DNA from: Blastocatellia bacterium
GTDB taxonomy: Bacteria; Acidobacteriota; Blastocatellia; UBA7656
DNA length: 64,000 nt
Direction of reading: 5' to 3'
NCBI GenBank assembly: GCA_963765495.1
Contig: CAVXWP010000016.1
Location: 320,001 to 384,000, forward strand
Under the pieces are notes generated by a model. That model saw nothing but the letters and a program-made list of their open reading frames with translations, was not told the DNA's origin and made no database searches. Shown here one piece after another: positions 10,445 to 21,509 of the stretch (position 1 is its first letter; every line of letters starts with the position of its first letter). A program made the position numbers and the translations under genes.

Positions 10445-10476
10445 AAAGGCCGGGCGCGTCCCGGCCTTTTTCTTTT
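10445..10476 (+). terminator. Intrinsic terminator
   Basis: AAAGGCCGGG-N5-CCCGGCCTTT followed by TTCTTTT. Confidence 0.85.
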
Positions 10477-10582
10477 GGGATTAGGTATGAATAAAGGTTG
10501 ATAACACGGGTTAGTTTATGTATTTCACCTAAAGCTTAAGAGTAGGGCTTTCCTCTGATAGCCGTGTCAAATTCGCGTCTTA

Positions 10583-12532
10583 TTATTTCTTTGAAGAACG
10601 GCAAACCTTGGCCTGCGGATGAGTCAAACAAACCAGCCGTTTTAATTCATCAATCTCTTTTTGTTGTTGCTCGATGGTGCGTTGTTCTGCCTCGATCTGC
10701 GCTTGTTGTTCTTTGACAGCGTTGATCAGAATCGTGGTCAGTTGACCGTACTTCACGCCTTCAATCTCGCCCGCGTCATTGCGAGTAACGAGCAGGGGTT
10801 CGACCTCCGAAACCTCTTCGGCGCCGAAACCGACATCGCGCAACCCGCCCTCTTTCCAGGTAAAGGCGATGGGGCGCAGACGGCGCAGGGCGTCAAGGCC
10901 GGCTGTGAATGACTGCACATCGGTTTTGTATCGGAGACTCGATGCACAGGTAGCGATTTGATTGGAGGCATTGCGGCAAAGCGTTGTGCTTCCGGCTGCG
11001 CCGAGGGTGGCGACGCGGATGATGCCGTTGACATCAAGTTTATCCTGAGGGGTGGTTATGCCGATGCCGAGGTTGCCGCTAGCGAGGATGGTAAGGCGGC
11101 TCAAGTTTGCGGTGCGGTCAACGATTTCGAATCTGCCATTGTGAACGCCATCGGAAGATTGCAACGTCCACTTGATGCCTCCTGAATCCGAGCTTTCGAT
11201 CATGATCTCCTGGTCGCTTGAACCGAGTATGTGAAGATGCTTTGCGGGGGCAGTTGTACCGATGCCGACTCGGGTATCGGCTGTGGCAAAATTAACGCCG
11301 TTGATGGAGCCGAGGACGAGGGAATCACTTTGAGCGACCAGTGCGCGGAAACCGATGGCGGCGGCGTTTGTGAGGTTGTTCGCTCCGACATTTGCGCTCG
11401 AACCAATGATGGTATTTTGTGTGCCCGTGGTGTTACTAAAGCCAGCCGATGTGCCGAAGAAGGCATTGGAGACGCCCGTTGTGTTACTAGATCCCACCTG
11501 TACCCCGAAGAAGGCGTTGGCGTCGCCCGTTGTGTTAGTCGTGCCAGCCGATGCGCCGAAGAAGGCGTTGCTGACGCCCGTGGTGTTATTCATGCCAGCA
11601 TCTTTGCCGAAGAAGGAGTTGAAGCCGCCCGTGGTGTTGTTCTGGCCAGATGATCTGCCGAAGAAGGCGTTGGCGTCGCCCGTGGTGTTAAAGAAGCCAG
11701 CCGATGTGCCGAAGAAGAGGTTGGAGTTGCCCGTGGTGTTACTTCTGCCAGCCGATGTGCCGAAGAAGCCGTTGTCGAAGCCCGTGGTGTTTGCCGTGCC
11801 CGCTCCAAATCCGGCAAACAGGTTATTATTCGATCCATTTGCGATCAATACCCGAGTGCTCCCGATATTGAATTGGGTTACCGCATTGACCGCATTCGCT
11901 GACAGCGTGCCGCCCGCTGTCCCATTCCCACTGATGTTGAAGTTGCTTGTGGCTTGCTGAACGGTCCCGTTCTGCACATAGCTGGCGCTTCCCCCAGGCA
12001 CACTCCCAACGGGTATTGCTCCCGTCACAGTGCTGCCGTTTACGCTTTGAATCTGCCCGCTCGTCACGCAATTTACGCACGCCACCGACAAACCATCGGC
12101 GCTCCCCGCGCTCAAGCTTTTAATCGCATAAGGGTTCGATGTTACCTGCTGCCGCCCGTTTAGCTGGGTGAATGCCCCGCCGCCTGCCACCCTCACGCTG
12201 ATCTCTAAAAAGCGATTCGCGCCGTTGAAACAGGTGGCGCAAGGACCGAAATCCAACTGCGCGGTGAAGACGCCGTTTGTCACACTGACATTGAGTCGTT
12301 GAACCGTTGACCCTTGTTGCGAGCCGCCGCTTGAGACATCAAAGAGGCGAAACTCAAAATCATAGTTGCCGGTCGCAGGGTTGCCACTGTCGGTCAACTG
12401 GCCTTGATAAGTAAAGGTCGTCGTTTGTCCATACGCGCTCGCTGTGGATGCGATTATCGCTATCCCCAGTAGCAGACTTGAAACGAGTAAGTTAAATAGT
12501 CGTCTATGTGGTTGAGGTGATCGGGTGAGCAT
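10583..12532 (-). CDS. Secreted fibre/adhesin-like protein with 14-aa repeats and a C-terminal S74-type intramolecular chaperone
   Basis: Signal peptide, FTYQGQL N-domain, NTTGxxNxFFGxxAG repeats, VGIGTTAP, SSLRYKTDV, GFGAEEV, coiled-coil end. Confidence 0.85.
   Translation of the reverse strand: MLTRSPQPHRRLFNLLVSSLLLGIAIIASTASAYGQTTTFTYQGQLTDSGNPATGNYDFEFRLFDVSSGGSQQGSTVQRLNVSVTNGVFTAQLDFGPCATCFNGANRFLEISVRVAGGGAFTQLNGRQQVTSNPYAIKSLSAGSADGLSVACVNCVTSGQIQSVNGSTVTGAIPVGSVPGGSASYVQNGTVQQATSNFNISGNGTAGGTLSANAVNAVTQFNIGSTRVLIANGSNNNLFAGFGAGTANTTGFDNGFFGTSAGRSNTTGNSNLFFGTSAGFFNTTGDANAFFGRSSGQNNTTGGFNSFFGKDAGMNNTTGVSNAFFGASAGTTNTTGDANAFFGVQVGSSNTTGVSNAFFGTSAGFSNTTGTQNTIIGSSANVGANNLTNAAAIGFRALVAQSDSLVLGSINGVNFATADTRVGIGTTAPAKHLHILGSSDQEIMIESSDSGGIKWTLQSSDGVHNGRFEIVDRTANLSRLTILASGNLGIGITTPQDKLDVNGIIRVATLGAAGSTTLCRNASNQIATCASSLRYKTDVQSFTAGLDALRRLRPIAFTWKEGGLRDVGFGAEEVSEVEPLLVTRNDAGEIEGVKYGQLTTILINAVKEQQAQIEAEQRTIEQQQKEIDELKRLVCLTHPQAKVCRSSKK
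11395..11810 (-). repeat. Intragenic 42-bp (14-aa) tandem repeats
   Basis: About nine NTTG-containing units; recurring CCGAAGAAGG and CCCGT(G/T)GTGTT on the + strand. Confidence 0.85.
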
Positions 12533-12842
12533 TAGCGTACCTCCAGTGGGATGTTGTTGCTGACGCAGGCACGCCAGACAGATTGTGAAACTGGTTCTAT
12601 GCGACTAAAAGATGAGTAGAAAGCGCATGCCAACTGAGCCTGCAAGCAAAGTCTCATCATTAAAATCAATGGAAACCGAAAGGCGAGAGTCTGGTACGGG
12701 TACTGAAACCAGACCATCAATGAAGCAGATTCAATTTAGAGATTGTCCTGGGACATGTCAAGCCACCTGGAACTCAGGATTGTACGGTCTAACAAGGTCG
12801 GCTTTAGACTACCTGCCTTTGTAGTATTGAGAAAAAACAGAT

Positions 12843-13055
12843 AATACACAGTCAGTCAGTAGTTGAAGGATAAAGCCGATGCAATTTGCGCCTCGCATCT
12901 TCATTTGTAAAACGTCACTTAATCTTGGCTCTTATTGCATTGCGCTCCTCTTCCAACTAATTGACATCTCGTTTCAGTGTTTCTTCATCCCCTATACGAC
13001 GGTCATACACTGTCGACTAAACACGCTCAAGATGATCTCCGCTATATTCGCTCCC
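12843..13055 (-). pseudogene. IS630-family transposase C-terminal remnant
   Basis: Manual translation: NIAEIILSVFSRQC/DRRIGDEETLKRDVN*LEEERNAIRAKIK*RFTNEDARRKLHRLYP, with one frameshift and two stops. Confidence 0.8.
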
Positions 13056-13086
13056 CACCAGCATTCTCGATATTCGCCTCACTCCC

Positions 13087-14790
13087 TCACCTGTTAATCT
13101 TAAAATTAACGAGTTGGCGAGGCTTTTGCGTTGTATTGGCTACGCGGTATCCTACAGTGAATAAGAGTCTGAGGTCTTCGACCGCGCCCGACAAATCCCA
13201 ATCCGGTTTTATCTCATCCGAAGGTTTGTGATAATCATTTGCGGTGTATTCGTCGCGCTTCTGCATGCCCCAGGCGGTAGATTTGCCTATGTAGTCTATG
13301 CCTGCTTCGGGGTCGAGCGCGGGCACGCCCTGCTTGGCAAAATTGAAATGGTCCGAGCGATAATAGAATCCTTTTTCCGGCTCCGCGTCGGGTCTCAGCA
13401 CTCGTTTCTGCTCGGCGGCGGCTTTGCGCAATACGTCGTCGAGCGTAGAGTTGCCAAGCCCGATGACTGTGACATCACGAGTGCGCCCCCACTGATTGAG
13501 CCCGTCCATATTGATTTCCGCCACGGTCTTTACAATCGGATAGATGGGGTTTTCGGCGTAATACTTTGACCCTATCAATCCTTTCTCTTCGGCGGTGACT
13601 GAAAGAAACAGGATCGAACGACGCGGCGCGACGGGCAATGCTTTGAAGGCACGTGCCATCTCGATCAACCCTGCCGTGCCCGAGGCATTGTCGAGCGCGC
13701 CGTTGTAAATCTTGTCGCCTTTCTCATTCGGCAACCCTACGCCAAGATGGTCCCAGTGCGCGGTGTAGATGACATATTCCTCTTTCAGTTTGGGGTCCGA
13801 ACCTTCGAGTTTGCCCAGGACGTTATGCGACTCGCTCCGGCGTATTTTGTTATTGAGCGCGAGGCTCGCGTGTGCTCCAAGCGGCACAGGCTTGAAATCG
13901 GGTTTTACGGCGGCGCGCTTCATCGCGTCGAAATCTTTGCCCGCGTCGGAGAACAGTTCTTTTGCCCGGTCGTTTGTGATCCAGCCTTCGACCGCCACGC
14001 GAGACATATTATTGTCTTTCGACACCAGATCGAATTGCTCTACGGCCCAGCTTCCTTTAACGACTTCCCAGGGGTATCCGGCCGGGCCTGTTTCGTGGAT
14101 TATGATCGCGCCTGCGGCTCCTTTCTCGGCTGCGATTTCGTACTTATAGGTCCACCGACCGTAATAGGTCATGGCTCGCCCACCGAACATCTTCGGGTCG
14201 AGTTTGGTCGGAGATTTCGGATCAGGCACGGGCGGGTCGTTGACAAGCATGACAATGACTTTGCCACGAACATCCACGTCTTTGTAATCATCCCAGTTGT
14301 ATTCGGGCGCAACCGTGCCGTAACCGACAAAGATCATATCGGCATCAATGCTTGCCTTCTCGGCTACGCGCTTGGTCCACGCGATATAATCATCGCCGTA
14401 TTTCAGGTCCATCTTTTTATTACCGACTTTTATCTCCATCTGCGGCTTGCCTTCGACGGTGATGCCTACGAGCGGGACCTTCTGAAAATAAGTGCTGTCG
14501 GTATTTCCGGGCGCAAGACCTATCTTTTTGAACTGATCGGCTATGTAGTTTATAGAGAGTTCTTCTCCGTGCGTGGCCGGTGCGCGGCCTTCATATTCAT
14601 CGGAAGAAAGCGTTTTGATGTGCTTCATCAATCCGTCCGTAGTGATAGCGTTTAGCGCCGCTTTATCGGGCTGCATCGCTCCGCGTTTTTGAGGACCGTG
14701 TTTTTGAGGGCTGCGCTTTTGCGGCGCGCCTGCAAGAGCGAGCACCGAAATCATGAGAATAGAGCATAATGTAAGAATCTGTTTTTTCAT
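13087..14790 (-). CDS. M28-family secreted metallopeptidase with PA domain (extreme C-terminus possibly replaced)
   Basis: [34 protein letters not shown]. Confidence 0.93.
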   Translation of the reverse strand: MKKQILTLCSILMISVLALAGAPQKRSPQKHGPQKRGAMQPDKAALNAITTDGLMKHIKTLSSDEYEGRAPATHGEELSINYIADQFKKIGLAPGNTDSTYFQKVPLVGITVEGKPQMEIKVGNKKMDLKYGDDYIAWTKRVAEKASIDADMIFVGYGTVAPEYNWDDYKDVDVRGKVIVMLVNDPPVPDPKSPTKLDPKMFGGRAMTYYGRWTYKYEIAAEKGAAGAIIIHETGPAGYPWEVVKGSWAVEQFDLVSKDNNMSRVAVEGWITNDRAKELFSDAGKDFDAMKRAAVKPDFKPVPLGAHASLALNNKIRRSESHNVLGKLEGSDPKLKEEYVIYTAHWDHLGVGLPNEKGDKIYNGALDNASGTAGLIEMARAFKALPVAPRRSILFLSVTAEEKGLIGSKYYAENPIYPIVKTVAEINMDGLNQWGRTRDVTVIGLGNSTLDDVLRKAAAEQKRVLRPDAEPEKGFYYRSDHFNFAKQGVPALDPEAGIDYIGKSTAWGMQKRDEYTANDYHKPSDEIKPDWDLSGAVEDLRLLFTVGYRVANTTQKPRQLVNFKINR

Positions 14791-14809
14791 CGTGTGTACC
14801 TCCTGAAAG

Positions 14810-14843
14810 TTGAGACTTGAGATTTGAGATTTCAAACCTCAAG
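14810..14843. repeat. Small heptamer array (TGAGA(C/T)T) with partial inverted arm
   Basis: TTGAGACTTGAGATTTGAGATTTCAAACCTCAAG. Confidence 0.6.
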
Positions 14844-17373
14844 GATTGGCGCTGGTCTGAATCGCGTTAAACAGAAAAGGCAGCGTAGCCGTGCTCTGGC
14901 CTCGATACTGAGGCCGGAACGCAAACATTATGACACGGCCTTTGCCGAGCTTTGCTTCGACAATCGCGCCGCGACCCGCCAGCTTTTCTGCGCCCAGCAA
15001 CCATCCCGACAACAGCAATTCTTTCGCGTCGGCAAATCGCGCAACGACCCGCGCATCCGCGCTCGTAGTCTCAAAGGCTGGTCCGCGCTCAAACCACGCT
15101 ATCCCTTCATCCGGCTTTCCATCGAGCGGCGGCGCGCCTTTTGTAAGAGGCTCGGCGGCTTTGAACTCTATCTTGAGTATGGAACCGGGGCAGTAAAAAT
15201 CTTTTGCAGGGATACCATCCAGAACGTTTTTTACAGGCACGCCCAATTGCCCGATTGCAAATTCGGATGCATCGTTGAAAGTTATTATCGTACCGCCTTC
15301 TTCTACGAATCGCTTTAACGATTCGACGCCCTCTCGGCCCATGCCTCCACTGACATCGGCGGGATAAGCGGCTTTGGGCAACCCGTCATTGATCTGACGC
15401 GCGCTCTGATCGGGGATGATTATACAATCGAATCTCTTTCTCAAATCTCCCGCCCGAATCTCTTTGTCTACGAGCGAGGAATACCTGAACAGGGGCTTGA
15501 ATTGATCGAGCATCCACCGCGTCCATCCTTCATCCATCGTCGTCGCGTAGTTTTTATAAACAGCCAGACGAGGGGCCAAATCATCTGCTCCCGGCCCTTC
15601 AGTCTTTGGCGGCCCGAGTTTGGCAATGACCTTCGATACCTCGCTATCCCCGGTTGAGACTTTTTCGACAGGCGGCAAATCGAATCGCTTACCAACCGCG
15701 ACCGCGCTTGCGCCCATTAGCAGAGGCAGAGTGTGAGCCGTCACATCATAGGGACGGCGAGGCGGCCCGCCGGGGTATTCGCGCAGGTCGGGATAATGCT
15801 GCCGTTCGAGCAGCGTCTTTGCAAATGCGCCGTAAGGCTGCCCGATCAAAATTATTCGCGTGCCCGCAGGAAAGCGATTGCCGTCTGCTTCAAAAGCCGA
15901 CAGAGAGCGTGAGATTTCGACCCCGCCCCGATTCAAAATCGATTCGATTCTTGCAAGACCGTATTCCTGCCAGAAATGCGCGCCATCCTCTCCATCGCCC
16001 GAAGCATCGGGCGGCAACAACAGATAGGCGAACATCTCTTCGGGCTTTCGCTCTCGCACGGCGTCTTTGCCTATCTGATAAAAATCGCGGAGCCAGCGTT
16101 CACGATAACGCGCCGCATTCCTGAGCAGCGCAAATGCACCGCTCTGCATGTAATCGACTATGTCAGCCAGTTTCCACTCGCCGCCCTGCCACACTTTCGG
16201 ATAGTTCCAGCTTCGCACTTTAGGGTCCAGGTTGACCTGCGGAGTCTGTTTGTCGAAATCTACCGATGTCGGGCTGGCGAGCCTTGCCGATGCCGTCTCG
16301 CTCAAAATGCGAATCCCGCCGTGGTAATGCTGATAGGCTCGGGCCGGGGTCCACGCATCGTATACACCGTTTATCACCACGCCCGCCTTGCCCTGTCCGA
16401 TCAATTCCCACGCCATCGCGCTGCCCATGAAATTGACCCCGGCTTGAATTATAGGGGGCACGTTTGGCTCCCACGGGTCAACATAGGGCGGCAGGAAAAA
16501 GCGACTCCCGGTCGCACCCTGCTGATGTATGTCGTGGACGATCTGCGGGTGCCATTCGTTGTGCACCTTATCGACCGTGAGTCGCGTCTCTACCTGAGTG
16601 AACGCGTACCAGTCGCGGTTGTTGTCGTGCCCGACGTAGTAGTGATAAAGATCGGGCGGGCCGGTTCCCTCGCTCGGAGTGCCGAGCGTCTTATCGTACC
16701 AGTCCTTGACGATGTCTACGCCGTCGGGGTTGAGCGAAGGCACGAGCAGCACTATGCATTTGTCGAGTATCTCGCGCGTCTCATTCGAATCATCCGAGGC
16801 AAGACGGTAGGCGATATTTAGAGCCGCGAGATTTCCACCCACCTCGGTAGAGTGAATCCCGCAGGTGATCAGGACTATCGTGCGGCCTTCGGCGATCAAT
16901 TTCTCGGCCTCTCTCTGATCGCTGTTTATGAGGCGCGGGTCTGCGAGTCGGCGCTGAATCTCTTTGAATCGCGGCAGGCGGGCGAGGTTTTCAGGCGATG
17001 AAATCGTAGCAAGCAGAAACGGACGGCCAAGCGTCGTCCGGCCAAGCTCCTGAACCTTGACGCGATTGCTCGCCCGCGCCAGATGGTTGAAATAATCGGT
17101 CATCTGCGCCCACGAGGCGAGTTTGCGATCATCGCCCGGCGTAAACCCTATTACATCGAGAGGCGCAGGTACGCCCTTTTTTTTCGCGGCCTTCTTTGTT
17201 TGGGATGAAGGCTGGCTGACAACTCGCGCGTGTTTCGCGCCGGAATCAGACAGAGAGGGTAAGGCGATTGCGATGATAAGACCTAAAGAGGCCGCCGCTT
17301 TTGTGAGACTTGAAAACAGACGGAAAGAGGGCATGTATTCTCCTTGCTCGATTCGCGGGCGCGGCTCAGGCAT
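14839..17373 (-). CDS. M14-family zinc carboxypeptidase-like secreted protein
   Basis: IHSTE, NPDG, DNNRD, DIHQQG; C-terminal GATase-like region (DEGWTRW). Confidence 0.9.
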   Translation of the reverse strand: MPEPRPRIEQGEYMPSFRLFSSLTKAAASLGLIIAIALPSLSDSGAKHARVVSQPSSQTKKAAKKKGVPAPLDVIGFTPGDDRKLASWAQMTDYFNHLARASNRVKVQELGRTTLGRPFLLATISSPENLARLPRFKEIQRRLADPRLINSDQREAEKLIAEGRTIVLITCGIHSTEVGGNLAALNIAYRLASDDSNETREILDKCIVLLVPSLNPDGVDIVKDWYDKTLGTPSEGTGPPDLYHYYVGHDNNRDWYAFTQVETRLTVDKVHNEWHPQIVHDIHQQGATGSRFFLPPYVDPWEPNVPPIIQAGVNFMGSAMAWELIGQGKAGVVINGVYDAWTPARAYQHYHGGIRILSETASARLASPTSVDFDKQTPQVNLDPKVRSWNYPKVWQGGEWKLADIVDYMQSGAFALLRNAARYRERWLRDFYQIGKDAVRERKPEEMFAYLLLPPDASGDGEDGAHFWQEYGLARIESILNRGGVEISRSLSAFEADGNRFPAGTRIILIGQPYGAFAKTLLERQHYPDLREYPGGPPRRPYDVTAHTLPLLMGASAVAVGKRFDLPPVEKVSTGDSEVSKVIAKLGPPKTEGPGADDLAPRLAVYKNYATTMDEGWTRWMLDQFKPLFRYSSLVDKEIRAGDLRKRFDCIIIPDQSARQINDGLPKAAYPADVSGGMGREGVESLKRFVEEGGTIITFNDASEFAIGQLGVPVKNVLDGIPAKDFYCPGSILKIEFKAAEPLTKGAPPLDGKPDEGIAWFERGPAFETTSADARVVARFADAKELLLSGWLLGAEKLAGRGAIVEAKLGKGRVIMFAFRPQYRGQSTATLPFLFNAIQTSANP

Positions 17374-17424
17374 GGTTAGTCACGAATCATCGACGGTCTA
17401 TTGCAACGCGCTTTTTGCTCAAAT

Positions 17425-18603
17425 TTACTCGACGACGCGATAAAATATAGCCCCGCCGCCAACTGCCCAGACGTGTAAAAGATCAGCCGCGCCCAGTTTG
17501 TAAATAGGCACTTCCTGCGTGAATTCTATTCTTTCGCTTCCCCATTCGTGGCCGCCGTCGCTCGAATGATAAAGGTACTGCCCCTGATCTGTGCTTATCC
17601 ATCCGTTATTCGGATCGACAAAGAATACGCCGCGCGCACCTCCGCCATTCAGGATTCGCAACATTGCCCACGAATTGCCGCCGTTTTCTGTTCCGATCAC
17701 GCGCCCTTCCTCAGCCTCGGGATCGCTCGCCGTAGCCCATCCGTGTTGACCATCAACAAAGTTAAGGGCCGTGATAGAAAAATCCATCCGCCCGACAGGG
17801 CTTGATGTGGAGGTGCCTCCACCCGGCTCCATTCCGCTTCGCTGAGTGCTCCAGGTCAGCCCTCCATCCGTCGTGTGATAGATCGCGCCTTTCGTCCCAC
17901 CGGCCCATCCATTCATCTTATCGAGGAAGAAGACATCATTGATTGTAACCGAAACGTGGCGCTGCGATCTCCAGGTAGCCCCGCCGTCTGTGGTCGCCAG
18001 TATATCGCTCGGGCTGCTGTCTTCGATGTCATCAATAGGCGTAGTCGCGCCGCCCATCCATCCGTTGTTTTCGTCTGCGAAAAAGATCGAGGTCGGAATC
18101 TGCTTGAAGGCAAGCTTTGAGGCGGCCCACGTCTCTCCACCATCGGTCGTCTTCAACACGACTCCCGCGTTTGCAGCGCCCTCCTGTGTGGCCCCAACTA
18201 CCCACCCCAGATTCGGGTTCACGAAATGGATCGCGTTCAAAACCGGCACCTTCATGCCCGAGGTCTGAACGCGAAATTCCGTCCAGTTCTGCCCGCCGTC
18301 GGTAGTTCGCAAAACCACACCTATGCGCGCTTTGGCATCCCCGGGGTCGGGCATATCACTGGCTACGAAGACGACGCTTGCCGATACTACCGATATATCG
18401 TTGTAAGAGTAAGTCGCAAGGTGAAGCCCTTCGGAAACCTTCGAGGCGGGCGATTGATATTGAGCCACCCATTTAGCCGTCTTTGCCGGTGTGGCTGCTT
18501 GATTCGAATTCTGCTGATTGCTGTTGGATGGCGTAGGCTGGCAACTCATCACGGCGAGCGAAACTGTCAATATCAGCGCAGAGATCATCACATGATTCTT
18601 CAT
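17425..18603 (-). CDS. YCF48/BNR (Asp-box) beta-propeller lipoprotein
   Basis: VMSC lipobox; repeated TTDGGxxW. Confidence 0.88.
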   Translation of the reverse strand: MKNHVMISALILTVSLAVMSCQPTPSNSNQQNSNQAATPAKTAKWVAQYQSPASKVSEGLHLATYSYNDISVVSASVVFVASDMPDPGDAKARIGVVLRTTDGGQNWTEFRVQTSGMKVPVLNAIHFVNPNLGWVVGATQEGAANAGVVLKTTDGGETWAASKLAFKQIPTSIFFADENNGWMGGATTPIDDIEDSSPSDILATTDGGATWRSQRHVSVTINDVFFLDKMNGWAGGTKGAIYHTTDGGLTWSTQRSGMEPGGGTSTSSPVGRMDFSITALNFVDGQHGWATASDPEAEEGRVIGTENGGNSWAMLRILNGGGARGVFFVDPNNGWISTDQGQYLYHSSDGGHEWGSERIEFTQEVPIYKLGAADLLHVWAVGGGAIFYRVVE

Positions 18604-18678
18604 ATTCTCTATTAATCCTTGAAATGATTTCGAAGGTTAAAATTACCAGAGCCGTTTCGGCTTGAAAAGGATGTTTGC

Positions 18679-18758
18679 GATGCGTGATCCGTGATCCGTG
18701 ATCCGGCAGGCTTGCAGGTCGTCTTAAACCTGCGGCCTGATAGCCAGGTCACGCATCA
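18679..18758. repeat. Heptamer-armed palindromic element, core type A
   Basis: GATGC(GTGATCC)x3, core CAGGCTTGCAGGTCGTCTTAAACCTGCGGCCTG, then TCACGCATCA. Confidence 0.88.
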
Positions 18759-18774
18759 TTTTTCACTGATCGCT

Positions 18775-20316
18775 TTATGAAAATCGTGGGGAGAGTTTGA
18801 GTCCGAGTTTTCCGGCGAGTTGCAAAACAGGACGGCGTTCAACAGGGGTCATGCATACCGAGAAGACGAGCGCGCAGTAAGGAACGAGCGCGGCGGCTAC
18901 TTCGAGAAAGAATACGGCTAGCGATGACGGGGCGGCGTAGTTCTTGAATAACAAAAGCGCGGCTATAAACGGAATCTGGATGGCAATAGGCATCGGCGCT
19001 GAGCGTCGGATGTACTCGCCAAGCGGGAGCTTCAGATAGCGGCGAAAGTATACGACGATGGCAACCGATGTGAATAAAACGGTGGGAATCGTTGTTCCGA
19101 GCGCCACCCCCATAAGGCCGTAGGGCCTGACCAGAATGATGCTCAGAATCAGATTCGCAATCGCCTGCGCGAGCGTAAACCACGCCACAACGGAATGCCT
19201 GCCCATCCCAAGCAAGACCGTGTGGGCGGGCATCTCACACAGATGCGCGAGCACGGCCACGGTCAGCACCATAAGTATCGAAGCGCTTGCGACATACTCG
19301 GGGCCCATCCACAAACTTATAAAACGGTCTCCCATCACAAAGAAGACCGAGGCCACGGGCAGGGCTACGAGCAGCATGTACTTTGTGCAGATAGCGAGCA
19401 TATCTTTTAGCCCCGCCTGATCGTTGCGCGCGTCCAGATCGGAGGCGGTCGGCGTGAGCACGCCCATCGTCTCGGATACCTGAAGCAGATAGGTCACAAG
19501 GCGGTTGGCTATCGAATAGAGCGTGACCGCCGCGACCGGGAGGAAAATTCCTATCACTATCGCGTCGGTGTAAAAGATCATCTTCTTGCCCACGCTCATC
19601 AAGAAAGCGTAGACGCTATAGCCAAACAGGCGGCCGAGTTCTCGCCTGTCAAGATACTCTCGGGCAATTCGCAGATCGGGGTTCAAGCGATAGACCTTCA
19701 GAATCAGATAAGCCAGCCTCGCCATATCAAAGACAAACGTAACGAGCGCGAGCGCGAGTATGCCGTAACCGTTCAGGATCAGACCGACAATCAGCAGACT
19801 CCGCACAAGGATGTTTAGGGTAGTGACGGCCGAATCCACTTCATATCGCTGGTATCCGCGCAGCACTCCTACAAAGACCGAAGCGGGAAAAGTGATGGCG
19901 AGATTGAGGCCGACAAGCAGCACAACCGAGGCGGCGATGTTGTCTGCAAGCGGGGTGTTGAACATCCTGTTGAATAGAGACGCGACCGCTATGCTTGCGC
20001 CAAGAGCCACAACTCCCATGAAGGAATAGACGGCAAGCCCGCCCGTTACTACCCGATTTATGGCTTCTTTATCGCCACGCGCCCGGTACTCGGCCACATA
20101 CTTGACCGTTGATTGAGTGATGCCAAAGTCGAGCAGCCCAAGATAGCCCACAAGCGACCCCACAAGCACCCACACGCCGTAAACGGAATCTCCCAGATGG
20201 CGTACGAGAAACGGCGACATCAAAAAGCCGGTCAGTATGGTCGCGGCAAACGCAACCCAGTTCATAAGGACGTTTTTGACGATCTGCCGTGAGCGTTGCT
20301 CGCTGTCTTGTCGCAC
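18775..20316 (-). CDS. Wzx-like polysaccharide flippase
   Basis: Multi-TM; LGDSVYGVW...LLDFGI MOP-family motif. Confidence 0.9.
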   Translation of the reverse strand: MRQDSEQRSRQIVKNVLMNWVAFAATILTGFLMSPFLVRHLGDSVYGVWVLVGSLVGYLGLLDFGITQSTVKYVAEYRARGDKEAINRVVTGGLAVYSFMGVVALGASIAVASLFNRMFNTPLADNIAASVVLLVGLNLAITFPASVFVGVLRGYQRYEVDSAVTTLNILVRSLLIVGLILNGYGILALALVTFVFDMARLAYLILKVYRLNPDLRIAREYLDRRELGRLFGYSVYAFLMSVGKKMIFYTDAIVIGIFLPVAAVTLYSIANRLVTYLLQVSETMGVLTPTASDLDARNDQAGLKDMLAICTKYMLLVALPVASVFFVMGDRFISLWMGPEYVASASILMVLTVAVLAHLCEMPAHTVLLGMGRHSVVAWFTLAQAIANLILSIILVRPYGLMGVALGTTIPTVLFTSVAIVVYFRRYLKLPLGEYIRRSAPMPIAIQIPFIAALLLFKNYAAPSSLAVFFLEVAAALVPYCALVFSVCMTPVERRPVLQLAGKLGLKLSPRFS

Positions 20317-21293
20317 TATGTACCTGCCTCGTTCGATAGCTGGATTGCGCTTCTCCGACGCTTACGAATCGCGAGTATCGATTTGCGCAGTTGCGGGGGC
20401 AATGAAGAGACGGCCAGAAAGAGCCAGGCTTCGGCGACAAGGGGGGAGCGCCGAAGGGATTTGAGCAAAATCCGCCTTGCGGCGGCAAATTCCTGGCGGC
20501 TGAAATGATACTTTCCAAATCTAAGGTATATCTGCCCGATCAATTTTCGCGTGGGTATTTGTCGGTCGGGAAACATTTCGGCGATCTTATTGAGATTCCA
20601 CACCTCGTCGTGGCACATCTGTTCGAGGTTCTCGGAGAGGTTTCCGCCGTGGTCGCGTTTGTGAACGACTACCTTATTTACAAACCCGAATTTGTATCTG
20701 CTCGCAAGCCGCAGAAACAGATTATAATCTTCGGCCCCGATGAGCGTTTCATCAAAAACACCTATCTGCTCCAGACATTTTCGCCTGATCATGACCGAGG
20801 ACATGCAGATGAAATGATCGGTCAACAACTTGTCGAACACGTTTCCGGTAGAGATGACAAACTGATCTTTGAGGCTCTTTCGAGTGATGCCGGTTTCATC
20901 AAAGATGGCATCGTCTGTAAAGACGACCCCAAACTCAGGATGCTCATTCATCCTGCTGATCTGCAACTCAAGCTTGTCAGGCATCCACAGATCATCGGCA
21001 TCAAGAAAAGCAATAAACTCTCCCCGGGCTTCGCTGATTCCAAGATTGCGAGCGGCGGCCGGTCCTCCGTTCTCCTTCTTGATGTAGCGAATCTGGCCGA
21101 GATAAGGGGCAATCGCTTGCTCGGTATTATCGGTAGAGCCGTCGTCTACGACGAGGATTTCAAAATCGCGGAAGGTTTGATTGAGCACGCATTCGAGCGA
21201 TTCGGGCAGAAAACGCGCGCTGTTGTAGGTCGGAATGATGACGGTGACTGATGGGGCCGCAGCAATTGTGATCTCTTTATTACCTGACTGCAT
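20316..21293 (-). CDS. Family 2 glycosyltransferase
   Basis: VIIPTYN, VVDDGSTD, FLDADD, EDY. Confidence 0.93.
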   Translation of the reverse strand: MQSGNKEITIAAAPSVTVIIPTYNSARFLPESLECVLNQTFRDFEILVVDDGSTDNTEQAIAPYLGQIRYIKKENGGPAAARNLGISEARGEFIAFLDADDLWMPDKLELQISRMNEHPEFGVVFTDDAIFDETGITRKSLKDQFVISTGNVFDKLLTDHFICMSSVMIRRKCLEQIGVFDETLIGAEDYNLFLRLASRYKFGFVNKVVVHKRDHGGNLSENLEQMCHDEVWNLNKIAEMFPDRQIPTRKLIGQIYLRFGKYHFSRQEFAAARRILLKSLRRSPLVAEAWLFLAVSSLPPQLRKSILAIRKRRRSAIQLSNEAGT

Positions 21294-21421
21294 CCCTAAA
21301 TCATCCTCTCAATAATGATTGCCTACAGAATTACTCACAAAACCCTCCTTAATCAATAAATGCCGAATGTTGCGCGTCTTCCAAGAATTTTGACAGGATT
21401 TCTTGCGCGTGAGGCGCTCAA

Positions 21422-21508
21422 TGATGCGTGATGCGTGATCCGCGATTAACCAGGCTTGCAAGTTGTCTTTACCAAGCGGCCTGTCTGAAAGTCACGCATC
21501 ACGCATCA
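21422..21508. repeat. Heptamer-armed palindromic element, core type A
   Basis: (TGATGCG)x2 TGATCCG, core CAGGCTTGCAAGTTGTCTTTACCAAGCGGCCTGTCTGAAAG, then (TCACGCA)x2 TCA. Confidence 0.9.
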
Positions 21509-21509
21509 T

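Noticed and set aside
11395-11810. 42-bp periodic repeats as a possible CRISPR array or DGR repeat pair
   Set aside because: They are in-frame coding repeats with no unique spacers, and no cas or reverse transcriptase genes are present.
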